Source of the DNA: Armatimonadota bacterium | GTDB lineage: Bacteria > Armatimonadota > Hebobacteria > CAIYQO01 | Length of the DNA: 64,000 nucleotides | Assembly (NCBI GenBank): GCA_038248345.1 | Contig: JBBRXO010000001.1 | Location: 1-64,000, forward strand | Direction of reading: 5' to 3' | Shown here: in pieces, positions 52,730-63,068 of the stretch | Position numbering within the stretch: position 1 is the first letter of the stretch | Layout: each line of letters starts with the position of its first letter | Program-made: the position numbers and the translations under genes | The notes under the pieces: model-generated | Told to the model about the DNA's origin: nothing | What the model saw: only the letters and a program-made list of their open reading frames with translations | The model's database searches: none

Positions 52730-54190
52730 CTATTTTTTTATCCCGGCATGTAATGCATAATATAACAATGCTTCCCGAGCCGCCATGGCCAGGGTGGCAT
52801 TACTCCCGGTTGCCAACACGCGCAAGCTATTACGCCGCGTCTGGGAGGCAAGGCGCGCCAAGCGAGCTGATGCTGATATTGCCGCTGCGCGCACATTGTC
52901 CGGCTGTGACTTGTCATCGGATACGGCCACACTCCAGATAGTCTGGGGGATATTCATCGCTGGATTCAGTGTCGGCTGCATGGCACACCACCTTATCGCC
53001 GCAATTCGTACTCTTTCGGTGGTATTGGTATTGCGGATCAAAAGCAACATCTGCTGTTGCAATTTAGTCTGGGCACCATCACTAATGACATTAAGACTCT
53101 TCATTGCCGCCAGTTGTTCAGCTTCATTACCATTGAGTGATTCCATAACATATGCCTGACTGGTATCAGTTTCTAATCCACCCAGCGCCTGTATGGCCAA
53201 TGGGTCTTTCTTCATCAACATCTGGTAAATATTAATTCCGCCCGCCATGTCACCCGCCGAGCCGAGAGCCAAAGAAGCGCGGGTACGAGTGGTAGCATTG
53301 GGGAAACGTAATTGCGGGGTGAAGCGAATCGATATCTCACTCGAAGCGCCCAGTTTATCCAGCGCACGGGCCAAATATACTGTCTGTTCGGTGTCTGCAT
53401 TATCCATTGCTTTCAACAGGTCAGGAACAATGCGAGTATCGCCCAAATCACCCACCACTTCGATAGCGGTGTTCGCTAATTTCCTGTTATCACTTTTGAT
53501 CACCAGCATGAGCGCATTAAGTAAGGATTTGTCGCCGATGACGCGTGCCATGTTGACGGCATCAATCAGGTTAGTAATATGATCCGGGGTCGCTTTGGCA
53601 TCAGTCAGGTTACCCTGCGTTACCGGGTCGTTGAGCAATACCCCTTGCAACAAACCTTTTGCGCGCTGATCGCCCGCTTCAGTGAGGGCGAGCAAGGAAC
53701 GAAATTGCCCATCTCGATACTGCTGCATGAGCACAGACTGCTCAATCTGCGCGAGGAGTATCCTATCCTCTTCGAACCAGTAGGTGGCCCAAGTATGATA
53801 AGCCTTCTCGGCATCCAGATATTTCCCATCGGCCAGCAATGCGCGAATCTCAACTTTTGTCATGATCGTATGTTTCTGCGCGACGATTACCGTGGGAGTT
53901 TTGACGGGAGGGAGTTTAACAACCCCCGGCGGGGTGCCGGTACCTGCTGGTGGCTGTGTAGTTACGGGAGTGCCACCCCACCCTGTAGGGTCTACCACTG
54001 GATTGGTGGAAGGATCGACTACCACTGGTTCCACAACAGGTGTTTCTACCACCGGATCCACAACCGGTGTTACTATTTCCACCGGATCAGCAGTAACGTC
54101 AGCGGTAACATCCTGGGCCAAGACACCAGAACTCGCCAAAAAGCTCGCTAGTCCGAGCACCATACACCAACCGGTAATTCTCTTTGACAT
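52730..54190 (-). CDS. Secreted HEAT-repeat protein
   Basis: Signal peptide, a P/T/V-rich linker and HEAT-like repeats (A...LG.LGD....P.L). Confidence 0.7.
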   Translation of the reverse strand: MSKRITGWCMVLGLASFLASSGVLAQDVTADVTADPVEIVTPVVDPVVETPVVEPVVVDPSTNPVVDPTGWGGTPVTTQPPAGTGTPPGVVKLPPVKTPTVIVAQKHTIMTKVEIRALLADGKYLDAEKAYHTWATYWFEEDRILLAQIEQSVLMQQYRDGQFRSLLALTEAGDQRAKGLLQGVLLNDPVTQGNLTDAKATPDHITNLIDAVNMARVIGDKSLLNALMLVIKSDNRKLANTAIEVVGDLGDTRIVPDLLKAMDNADTEQTVYLARALDKLGASSEISIRFTPQLRFPNATTRTRASLALGSAGDMAGGINIYQMLMKKDPLAIQALGGLETDTSQAYVMESLNGNEAEQLAAMKSLNVISDGAQTKLQQQMLLLIRNTNTTERVRIAAIRWCAMQPTLNPAMNIPQTIWSVAVSDDKSQPDNVRAAAISASARLARLASQTRRNSLRVLATGSNATLAMAAREALLYYALHAGIKK

Positions 54191-54314
54191 GAGATAATCT
54201 CCTTGTGTCTGTATTTACTATCTAAAATCTATTTACGACGTGAGCCGTGTATTTTCCTTCATCAGGAAGAATATTTACATATTATACACTTTTGGGATGT
54301 TTTTGACCAAAGTG

Positions 54315-57300
54315 TTACTCACAGACCGGAGCCGCAGGGCATTGCTCCCGATATGGGCACCGGGTGCAGATATGACCCGGCGTAGGATGGTAATCCTCGG
54401 CACGGATTCCGGAGGCGGCGCTCCGCATTATCCCGCGTGCCTCCTGCAACATCTCCGCTGTCACCGGGTAATCCCGTACTTTGCATGTTGCCTCCTCACC
54501 TTCCAGAAATATCAATGATACCGTGGTGGGGGTTACCCCCAGGCAACGCTGTACCCCCAGCGCATAACTTCCCACCTGGCGGTAGAAATGCGCGGAAGGG
54601 TAGCCAGTTTTATAGTCGTATATACGCCACTCGCCCGCACTCTTTGCCAGTACATCAATGATACCAGGGATGTAGGCATCACCTTCCCGCATGAGGAAAC
54701 GTTGTTCACGCAGTAGTTGGGCGCTTGCCAGCTGATCGTATACTGGTGAAGCATTTAACCGCAACAACATCGCCGAAAGCTTGGTACACTCCATCTCAGA
54801 CGCCTCCCGTTTATCCTCACGTTCAATAAATGCGAGGATACCCTCCAATTGCGCTGCTGCAGGAGAGGGGAATTCCAGTAATTGCAGCACCCGGTGCGCC
54901 AGCTTTCCGTACTCTGTGTGGTCAAAATCCTCCGGTTCCTTTTCACTGGCCTTGATCTCCTCCACCACCGGGGGCAAGCTGGTGCGCGCCATCGCTCCCT
55001 GGCGGTCGAGCAGGTAACGGTACCAATATTGCCGGGGACAATCGTGGTAGCCCAGCGCCTTGTTTACCCCCACGCGCAGCGGGCCATTTTGTTTCTCCAA
55101 CGATAGCGGCTGTGTCCGTGCATATACCTGCTCATATTGGGCCAGCTTGTCATACGAGAGTATCACCGGCAGTACATCACCTGCGAGGATAACATCGGCA
55201 TAATCATCCCACAGCGTAGGCTCTAATAAAGGAGGAACCAGCTCTATCGTTTCCCGCAAGGTGGTCTGGCCCCACAGATGTATCGACCATTGCTTCCCTT
55301 CAAAGGTTACCTGCAGTACCGTATCGCATTCCGTTGGCTCCTCAACCCCCAGCGCCATTTTGAGTAGATTAATATAGCAGGAGGTGCCCTCTTTCTTTAC
55401 CCAGTTGCCACTAATGATCAGCTGTTCCTTCGCCCGGGTCATCGCCACGTAGAGCAGTCGCTCCTCTTCACGCTTCTCCAGTTCTGTTCGCCGTTTAAAT
55501 TCCTCATCATAGTGTGCCGGTGACTTCATCTCATCATCAGGAGTGGGAATCTTCGCCGTTACTTTTCCATCATGTGTCAACAGGAAGACATCCGTACAAT
55601 TGCGCTTCGCCCGCCCGGCATCTGCCAGGAAGACTACCGACGCCTCCAACCCCTTGGCCGCGTGAACGGTCATCAAGCGCACCACGTTGCTGCCCTCCAC
55701 ATCCAGCGGGGCAGACGCCTCGCGTGGGCTGACTGTGCTTATCTGCGTAAGATAACTCTGGAAAGCGGACAAGTCGAATATCCCACGCGATTGGAAATTT
55801 GCAGCGATATCGCGCAGCTTCTGCACATTGGCATAGCGCTGCTCGCCCCCCTCCCCCGCCAGCAATACCTCGCCATATCTTGTACGCGCTAAAATTATAT
55901 CCAGCAGATCCAACGGCTGCCCAGCGGACTGCGCTGACTGGAGTTCACAAACCAACGCCTGAAACTTCACCAGCGCCCGGGCATCTCCTGCTTCAATGGC
56001 CGGTAGCTCATTAACACGAATAATATGCTCCCAGAGCCGCCCAAAGGGCCGCCCTTGTGGAGTATCCTGCGGATAAGCACAGCCCAATTCCCACTCAGTC
56101 CAGTCGCGGCTCAGCCAGTAGAGCGTCTCGGCGGATACCCCTACCAGCGGAGAGCGGAGCACCTCCGCCATGGTGGAGTCATCACTAGTGTTGTCCAGCA
56201 CGCGCAGTAGCGCCAGCAGATCCTGCACCTCGCGCGACTGATAATAACCCTTGCCGCGCACGGTGTAATACGGGATACCCGTCTCACGGAGTGCGCGTTC
56301 GTAAATATCAATATTGCTGGCGGAGCGGAAGAGCATGATCACATCGCGATAATCTGTTGAAACTGCGGTAAGTTCACCTTGTTCTTCCGCTCTCCCCGTC
56401 AATTGTAACGGCTGCGCGCCGATTCTGCCGGTAATTTGCAATATCCGCCGCGCAATCCACGCCGCTTCCCGCTCGCGCATCATCTCGGCTGATTCCTTAT
56501 CTTCGGCGGCGAACCACGCTAACTCCACTGCCGGTTCATCTTTGGTATTAAACGCCGCCCCAGCATCCAGCGCCTCATAATGGAATCCTTCCCCCAGTGC
56601 CTGCTCGCGCCATATCGACGAGAAGATGGCGTTGATTGGCTCCAATACCTCCGGGCGTGAGCGATAGTTGGTGTGCATCGCTACCCGCAGCGCCTTGTCA
56701 TCCGGCTGTTTTAGCACATTTTGCTCGTGCCCGAGGAAGACGCTGATGTCGCTGCCGATGAAGCCGTAAATCGCCTGCTTCACGTCCCCGACCACGAACA
56801 GATTGCCGACACCACTCAACGCACGCACGATATCGAACTGCAGTGGGTTGGTGTCCTGGAATTCATCCACCATTACCTGTCGATATTTTCCCTGCAGGTA
56901 GGTGCGCGTGTCATCGTCTGTCTGCAGCAGTTTCCGCGTCAGCAACAGCAGGTCCTCAAAATCCAGCAGCCCCTGCTCTTCTTTAGCATAATTGAAGATA
57001 TCAGCAAAACGCTGTAGCAGTACGGTAAAGGCGGTGAGGTATCCAGTTGCCAGCACACTGAGCATCGCCGCCAGCCACTCACCGTAGGCTATCTTTAATG
57101 CGTCACGGCGCTCTTTGGCAGTATCCTTGGGCCCACCAGTGCCGGTAAAGGCCGACAACGCCTGCGATGCTCTGCTGTACTCGTCCCAGGATATCTCCTC
57201 AGCAGAAGTATTAAACAAAGACTCCAGCGATGCCAACGCCACTGCCATCTCGCGCTTTTTTGCTTCCCAATTCGGGGTACCCGAAAGCGCCAGATAATCC

Positions 57301-57902
57301 TCAATGCTTTTTTTTGCGTTCATAGCAGCAATAACTGGCGAAATCACCGTATCGGGAGTGATGGAAGCGATCTCCAAACCACGTGTGCGGGCATTGCGAT
57401 AGATGTTCAACAGCCCGGCGCGCAGGTCATCCTGCCGGTAATCAAGCAGCAAGCGACCTAGCTCCATCTTCTCAAACGGGTCGTTACTCTCCCACAGATC
57501 ATTGAATACCTGGTCGAGGGATTCCTCCTGCAAAGTCTGTGTCTCGGCATCATCCAACAGGGTGAAGTTTGGGTCTACTCCCGCCCGCATGGCGTGTTCG
57601 CGGAGCAAGCGCTCGCAGAAGGCATGCAGTGTGCCGATAGGGGCGCGCGGGAGTTTGCGGCGTTCTGCAATGCGTCCGTCTGCTTCCAGCCGCCGGGCTA
57701 TTCGCTCGCGCATCTCCTGCGCCGCTTTGCGCGTAAAGGTGAGCGTGAGTATCTGGTCGGTGGTGAGCTTATCCCCTTCCAACAGACGAAAGTACCGCTC
57801 GGTAAGCACGCGCGTCTTGCCTGACCCCGCCCCGGCAGAGACGAGGATCATCGGGACATGCGCGCCTATCGCAGCTACCTGTGCATCGTTGTAATTGGGC
57901 AT
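54315..57902 (-). CDS. addA: AddA/UvrD-like helicase with a C-terminal PD-(D/E)XK nuclease
   Basis: SAGAGSGKT, LTFT.KAA.EM, VDEFQDT, VGD.KQ.IY, MTVH..KGLE and LYVAMTRA motifs. Nuclease GIID...DYKTG with 1+3 Cys. Confidence 0.82.
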   Translation of the reverse strand: MPNYNDAQVAAIGAHVPMILVSAGAGSGKTRVLTERYFRLLEGDKLTTDQILTLTFTRKAAQEMRERIARRLEADGRIAERRKLPRAPIGTLHAFCERLLREHAMRAGVDPNFTLLDDAETQTLQEESLDQVFNDLWESNDPFEKMELGRLLLDYRQDDLRAGLLNIYRNARTRGLEIASITPDTVISPVIAAMNAKKSIEDYLALSGTPNWEAKKREMAVALASLESLFNTSAEEISWDEYSRASQALSAFTGTGGPKDTAKERRDALKIAYGEWLAAMLSVLATGYLTAFTVLLQRFADIFNYAKEEQGLLDFEDLLLLTRKLLQTDDDTRTYLQGKYRQVMVDEFQDTNPLQFDIVRALSGVGNLFVVGDVKQAIYGFIGSDISVFLGHEQNVLKQPDDKALRVAMHTNYRSRPEVLEPINAIFSSIWREQALGEGFHYEALDAGAAFNTKDEPAVELAWFAAEDKESAEMMREREAAWIARRILQITGRIGAQPLQLTGRAEEQGELTAVSTDYRDVIMLFRSASNIDIYERALRETGIPYYTVRGKGYYQSREVQDLLALLRVLDNTSDDSTMAEVLRSPLVGVSAETLYWLSRDWTEWELGCAYPQDTPQGRPFGRLWEHIIRVNELPAIEAGDARALVKFQALVCELQSAQSAGQPLDLLDIILARTRYGEVLLAGEGGEQRYANVQKLRDIAANFQSRGIFDLSAFQSYLTQISTVSPREASAPLDVEGSNVVRLMTVHAAKGLEASVVFLADAGRAKRNCTDVFLLTHDGKVTAKIPTPDDEMKSPAHYDEEFKRRTELEKREEERLLYVAMTRAKEQLIISGNWVKKEGTSCYINLLKMALGVEEPTECDTVLQVTFEGKQWSIHLWGQTTLRETIELVPPLLEPTLWDDYADVILAGDVLPVILSYDKLAQYEQVYARTQPLSLEKQNGPLRVGVNKALGYHDCPRQYWYRYLLDRQGAMARTSLPPVVEEIKASEKEPEDFDHTEYGKLAHRVLQLLEFPSPAAAQLEGILAFIEREDKREASEMECTKLSAMLLRLNASPVYDQLASAQLLREQRFLMREGDAYIPGIIDVLAKSAGEWRIYDYKTGYPSAHFYRQVGSYALGVQRCLGVTPTTVSLIFLEGEEATCKVRDYPVTAEMLQEARGIMRSAASGIRAEDYHPTPGHICTRCPYREQCPAAPVCE

Positions 57903-57917
57903 ATATTACTTACTCAC

Positions 57918-58520
57918 TCAGCTCAATCCCAATTGTGCTGCCGTTATCGGCCCGGGCCGCAGAATACATGGTGGTTCTACTGCACAGTTCAGCACGGTGG
58001 AGGCCATGCCACCGGGGCAGGTGCCGCCATCGAGGATGTAGTCAACATCATCACCCAGCTCCTCGGCGACCCAGGTGGCGTTATCGGGCGCGGGGCTGCC
58101 GCTTCGATTAGCGCTGGTGGTTGCCAACGGGCGGGCGGCCAGGTGCAGCAACTCGCGGGCGATGTTATGGTCGGGGATGCGCAGGCCCACAGTGCTACCC
58201 CCTCCCAATACCAGCTCTGGTAGTTCCGGGCGTGCGGGAAGGATAATTGTAAGCGCCCCGGGCCAGAATTTCTCCATCATCTCTAATGCATAGGGCGTGG
58301 CGCTGGCCGCCGCCAGGCTCCATTGCGATGCAGCGGCAAGCATGACAATGAGCGGCAGGTGCGCCGGACGCCCTTTGATGGCGTATATCCGTCGCACCGC
58401 CTCTTCATTGCACATATCACACGCCAGACCGTAGACGGTGTCGGTGGGGATCGCCACCACGCCACCATCTCGGACTATGCGCGCTGCTTCTTCAACGGAT
58501 TTTCCGATGTTGTTCGGCAT
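57918..58520 (-). CDS. tsaC: L-threonylcarbamoyladenylate synthase (YrdC/Sua5)
   Basis: PTDTVYGL, KGR....PL, WPG.LT, TSANRSG and STV motifs. Confidence 0.93.
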   Translation of the reverse strand: MPNNIGKSVEEAARIVRDGGVVAIPTDTVYGLACDMCNEEAVRRIYAIKGRPAHLPLIVMLAAASQWSLAAASATPYALEMMEKFWPGALTIILPARPELPELVLGGGSTVGLRIPDHNIARELLHLAARPLATTSANRSGSPAPDNATWVAEELGDDVDYILDGGTCPGGMASTVLNCAVEPPCILRPGPITAAQLGLS

Positions 58521-58527
58521 TTACCTT

Positions 58528-59490
58528 CTACGCCCAGTACGCCGCACCGGGCTGCTCACTGATAATGCAGTTCTTCACGAACCATACTGCTTTGCGGAAG
58601 CCTTCGTCGATACTCATCAGGCTATCTTCATGCTCGATGGAGAGTGCGCCGTCATAGCCCACCATACGCAGGTTGCTGACGATATCCTTCCAAATGGTGG
58701 CAGGATGTCCATAACCAGCAGTGCGGAAGACCCAGGAACGATGAATTTCATCGGCATAGTTCTTCGTATCGAGGACACCATTAGTCAAACAATTGATATC
58801 GTCGATTTTGCAGTCCTTCACATGGAAGTGGAAGATACAATCGCCCAGGGCACGGATGGCGTAGACCGGGTCAACGCCCTGCCAGAAGAGATGACTGGGA
58901 TCGAAGTTAACGCCAATGTTCTTACCGCAGGCATTGCGCAGACGTAACGCCGTCTCGGCGCTGTACACCATAAAGCCGGGATGCATCTCCAGCGCCACGC
59001 GCACGCCCTTTGACTCTAACATGGCATTCTGCTCTTTCCAGTATGGGATAGCGACTTCATTCCACTGGAAATTCAGGATATCGGTGAAGTCATTTGGCCA
59101 CGGACAGGTTACCCAATTGGGATACTTCGCCCCAAGCTGGTCACCCGGGCAACCTGAGAAGGTTACTACGGTGTCGATCCCAAGCATGGAAGCCAGCTCC
59201 ACCGTCTTTACAAAGACATCATGGTCTTTCTTTGCTAATTCTACATTGGGATGCAACGGGTTACCGTGACAACTCAAGGCGGAAATAGTCAAACCTCGAT
59301 CGGTGATCAATTTATGCCATGCCAACGCCTTGCTCTTGTCGGCAACCAGCTCATCCAATGGGCAATGTGCGCCCCCTGGATATGCGCCGGTGCCGATCTC
59401 AATAGCCTCGCAACCGGTCTCCACAATGTAATCCAGTGCTTTCTCCAACGGTAACTGGCTGAAGAGCACCGCGAATACTCCAACTTTCAT
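58528..59490 (-). CDS. Sugar phosphate isomerase/epimerase (AP endonuclease 2/IolE-like TIM barrel)
   Basis: LEMHPG, NFDPSH, HFHVKD and SIEHED metal-binding motifs. Confidence 0.88.
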   Translation of the reverse strand: MKVGVFAVLFSQLPLEKALDYIVETGCEAIEIGTGAYPGGAHCPLDELVADKSKALAWHKLITDRGLTISALSCHGNPLHPNVELAKKDHDVFVKTVELASMLGIDTVVTFSGCPGDQLGAKYPNWVTCPWPNDFTDILNFQWNEVAIPYWKEQNAMLESKGVRVALEMHPGFMVYSAETALRLRNACGKNIGVNFDPSHLFWQGVDPVYAIRALGDCIFHFHVKDCKIDDINCLTNGVLDTKNYADEIHRSWVFRTAGYGHPATIWKDIVSNLRMVGYDGALSIEHEDSLMSIDEGFRKAVWFVKNCIISEQPGAAYWA

Positions 59491-59645
59491 TTTTCATCCT
59501 CCCGTATTTTGCCCAAATGAGACTGGGCGTTTATTTCTAGCGTTATTCCATAGTTACCAGCAACACCATACTAAATCCTGCAATTATCTCCTTTTTTGTG
59601 AAACTTTTTCTGATTTACTGGTATAATTTGTTGGTGGTAGAAAAA

Positions 59646-60794
59646 ATGCGACTATCCGCGCTACTGGTTTTAATAATAATAGGCATATCTGTGTGGGCGG
59701 CGGAGAATAAGCCTCCCGCACCCCCGCCAGTTGCGACCCTTACCGCCATGTGGAGCGACGCACAATTTACCGGCATTGAAGAGGTAGAGGCGGAGATTTT
59801 GCGTCTGACTAACGATGCCCGCGCCAGACAGCGTTTACCGGCATTGTCCCTCGATGCTAGATTGCGCGCGGCAGCACGGCAGCATAGCCAGGAGATGGGC
59901 AACAAAAACTATTTTGAGCATAATTCACCGGAGGAGAACTGGCATTCACCCGCGCAACGCTGCTATCTGGCGGGGTTTTGGGGCCAGCTGACGGGAGAAA
60001 ATATCGCCGCTATTCAAATAGCAGGTATCATGACGCCAGCTTGCGAACAATTCCCCACCCCACTGGCAGTGGCGCAACGGCTGGTGGAAAACTGGCTCAA
60101 TTCTCCCCCGCACCGCAAAAATATCATGGATAAAGATTACAAACTACTGGGGGTAGGAGTAACCCTTAAAGATGATCAAGTGTTGGCCACCCAGGAGTTC
60201 GGCAAGGAGCTGGCCACTATTGAAAAGGCAACACTTACCCCCTACACCGGTGAGCAAATTGTTGTTGACTTTAAAATTAAGGCGACAACCGGCGCCGAGA
60301 TAAAACTATGGGTGAATCAATCCTATCGCCAGACCATAATCGCCCCATCGAAGGAGTTCACTGTCTCTACTATGCTCCCACGTCATGCCGGAACTATTCC
60401 TTGTGCGTTTTCCGTGGGCAACATGGCCGCTTTTCAAACTCTGGTTAACACCGATCTCCAACTACCTACGGTAACGTTGGACACCTATTTCGCCGATCCG
60501 GAGATCAGCTTTCAAAAGGGCAGCGTATCAGTGGAACTGGTGACTGGTTTGAAACTGCAGGTTACAGGCCACTTACCGCCGGGGCAAGGGGCTGTAGCTA
60601 TCACCAATTACAAAGAACTGATGCTAAACCTGACCCCTGACCAGACCAATAATATGGACTTCACCCTTGTGCTGCCGCAGAGTAACAAACCCTACCGCAT
60701 CGGCATCTTCCGTGGCAACATCGGAGAATATCTGCTCTTTGTTGATACCAGTAAGCCCCTCATTGAAGCGTTCCAGGGACGCCCGCTGGTGTGA
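59646..60794 (+). CDS. Secreted CAP/SCP-domain protein
   Basis: Signal peptide, N..R....L..L, A..HS..M...YF.H, GENIA and W.NS.PHR.NI motifs. Confidence 0.85.
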   Translation: MRLSALLVLIIIGISVWAAENKPPAPPPVATLTAMWSDAQFTGIEEVEAEILRLTNDARARQRLPALSLDARLRAAARQHSQEMGNKNYFEHNSPEENWHSPAQRCYLAGFWGQLTGENIAAIQIAGIMTPACEQFPTPLAVAQRLVENWLNSPPHRKNIMDKDYKLLGVGVTLKDDQVLATQEFGKELATIEKATLTPYTGEQIVVDFKIKATTGAEIKLWVNQSYRQTIIAPSKEFTVSTMLPRHAGTIPCAFSVGNMAAFQTLVNTDLQLPTVTLDTYFADPEISFQKGSVSVELVTGLKLQVTGHLPPGQGAVAITNYKELMLNLTPDQTNNMDFTLVLPQSNKPYRIGIFRGNIGEYLLFVDTSKPLIEAFQGRPLV

Positions 60795-60862
60795 TAGCGC
60801 ACACAAAACGACCGCCCCACACTAAAGCATGAAGGCGGCCGTGTCATCTCCACGATACTGGA

Positions 60863-62857
60863 TTACTCTACAACTACCATCTGATGATAATTCAACTCCG
60901 GCACGGTGGTCTTCAATATGCCGTCCGCTATAGTATACGCCAGGTCAATGCCTTGCGGCGCCAGATATACCCGTTTTGGCTTGGCAGTGGTGCGTAGCTT
61001 TACTTCTACATTGTATACCGGCAGAATATCCTCGATGACTTCGATTCCCTCGCCGCGTTTCACCGGGCTGGCGTAAAGCAGATGCACGATAGTACGCTTC
61101 TCCGCAACCTGGTACATCACCGTCTGCACACCCTGTGCAGGCAAGGAGGTGGTGAGTGTTGGCGCTGGCAGCAACGTCCTCAGACCATGCAGGACGATAT
61201 CGCGCAGGACATTCTGTCCTTTTTTGGCATATAAATCGAAGACCGGGAAAGCGCAGTAGACGGTATTTGCCGTGCTCACCATCGCCGCTCCGGCAGCTTC
61301 CATGGTATTGGGCGCATGCTGATGCGAGCAGAAATGCAACAGATCGCGATTGAAGAAGGGATGCTGTAATTCTGCCAGCACTTTCCCAGTCTTATTGGTG
61401 ATATCTTTGGCTGGTGAATACATCACAAATGCTGCATCTGCCCAGTTGGCCAGCTCAAAGTTCGGCACGATATATTCGGGAGAGAAAGCGCTCTCTCCTT
61501 GATATTTCACGCCAAAATCCAGCGTGAAGGCTTGTCGCTGACTATCAAGTGCGCTCTCCCACGTGGCGAATATCTTTCCTCCACCGGCGAGATATTTCTC
61601 CAATTGTGCTTGCAATACGCCATTAACTGGAATAGCGTCTGGCAAAATCAACAATTTATATTTGCTTAAATCACTCGATGAATCCAGCACATCGTACAAC
61701 AACCCACCTTCCTGCAGAATACGCACCACACCTGCGTCAGATGCGCCGGTAAAAGCGCTGGGGCCGGTTTGCGCATCATGGTTGGTGAAGGCCTCTAGCG
61801 AGAAGACTCCGATATCAGCGATGCTGGTGACGCCGCTGCACCATGCCTCCTTCGCTTCCACCTCGGCATAGGCAGCACCGATGAGCGTGTAGGTGGCTTT
61901 GTCCAACTGACCGTACGGGTGCATCTGGTCGCCCACCGAGATTTTCGCGCCGTTGGCCAGGGACAATGCCGTCTCATAGCGCAACGCATTGGGATGCTTG
62001 TAGCCGCCGAACTCGCCCCAGGAAGTGTGGAACTTGCCGGTCATGCCCAGGAACTCAAAGCCCAATCCCTGCACGTACCGTGCTGATAAGGGGAAGTGGT
62101 CATAGCCCCAGCCACCGGTGGGTAATGATTCCAACTCGAAGTGATGAGTATTTAAGAAGGCTAGCTCGCGGTCGCCACGGGCTATATGCCCGCCATTATG
62201 GAAGACGCGCACGTTCGGCTTAATAGCATGGACGGCAGCGTTGATCCGCCGAGCATAATTAATATAGGTTTCGCGCGCCAGCGTCATCTGATCTTCTTTA
62301 TTGCGTGGATCCATGCCACGTTTCATCATCTCACGGTAGCAATATTGGCAACAACAATCGCGCACGCCGACGATATCGAAAAATAAACCTTCAAAGAGGT
62401 CATACCGGCGTACCACTTCTTCCGCCTGTTCAATCAGGTAATCCAGATAAGGCGACCGCATGCAGAACTCATGATAGCCAGCATCCAGCCAGCCGGACCA
62501 GGAGTAACCGCCGTTGGGTAGCATCCGCAGCCACTCGCTGTGGGTGCGCGACAACTTCTCATCAAGCCCAGCGGAGATGTAGACGGGGGTCTGCACACCG
62601 ATCTCATGCGCGGCTTCGATCATCTCCCCGGTAAGGTCCAAGCCGTGCTTCAAAGTCGGGTGTGTGGCGCCGTTCGCCACTGCAGTCGGGTGGTATGACC
62701 AGCCGTGGTGGCATTTACTAAAAATGGTGATGGAGCTGACGTGCCCCAATTGCAACATCTGCTGAAAATGCGCCTTATCCCAATCTTTCCCTACCCCCGG
62801 TATAGCCTCAGAGGTGTGGAAGTCAAGGTGAATCTGACGAAAAGGTAATTGATCCAT
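60863..62857 (-). CDS. Glycoside hydrolase, GH151 alpha-L-fucosidase-like, with a beta-galactosidase trimerisation domain
   Basis: RQIHLDFHTS, FSKCHHG.SY.PT, ELESLPTGGWGY and GMTGKFH.SWGEFGG motifs. Confidence 0.75.
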   Translation of the reverse strand: MDQLPFRQIHLDFHTSEAIPGVGKDWDKAHFQQMLQLGHVSSITIFSKCHHGWSYHPTAVANGATHPTLKHGLDLTGEMIEAAHEIGVQTPVYISAGLDEKLSRTHSEWLRMLPNGGYSWSGWLDAGYHEFCMRSPYLDYLIEQAEEVVRRYDLFEGLFFDIVGVRDCCCQYCYREMMKRGMDPRNKEDQMTLARETYINYARRINAAVHAIKPNVRVFHNGGHIARGDRELAFLNTHHFELESLPTGGWGYDHFPLSARYVQGLGFEFLGMTGKFHTSWGEFGGYKHPNALRYETALSLANGAKISVGDQMHPYGQLDKATYTLIGAAYAEVEAKEAWCSGVTSIADIGVFSLEAFTNHDAQTGPSAFTGASDAGVVRILQEGGLLYDVLDSSSDLSKYKLLILPDAIPVNGVLQAQLEKYLAGGGKIFATWESALDSQRQAFTLDFGVKYQGESAFSPEYIVPNFELANWADAAFVMYSPAKDITNKTGKVLAELQHPFFNRDLLHFCSHQHAPNTMEAAGAAMVSTANTVYCAFPVFDLYAKKGQNVLRDIVLHGLRTLLPAPTLTTSLPAQGVQTVMYQVAEKRTIVHLLYASPVKRGEGIEVIEDILPVYNVEVKLRTTAKPKRVYLAPQGIDLAYTIADGILKTTVPELNYHQMVVVE

Positions 62858-63068
62858 GGTAGCTCTCCCAATTTTCTATCTTTTTTTTTTTTGCTGATAA
62901 CCAACATGCAGCAATAGCAAATTCGCCACTGTACCAGTGTATACCTTTTCGTATCTCCTCTATTCAGGAATAACTTTTGAAATAACCTCCATAGAGCCAG
63001 AATCATTGACAAAAAGAAAGAAAAGCGTTACTTTCAGCCAGGATATAGTTAAAAAAATGGGGGTTGCC

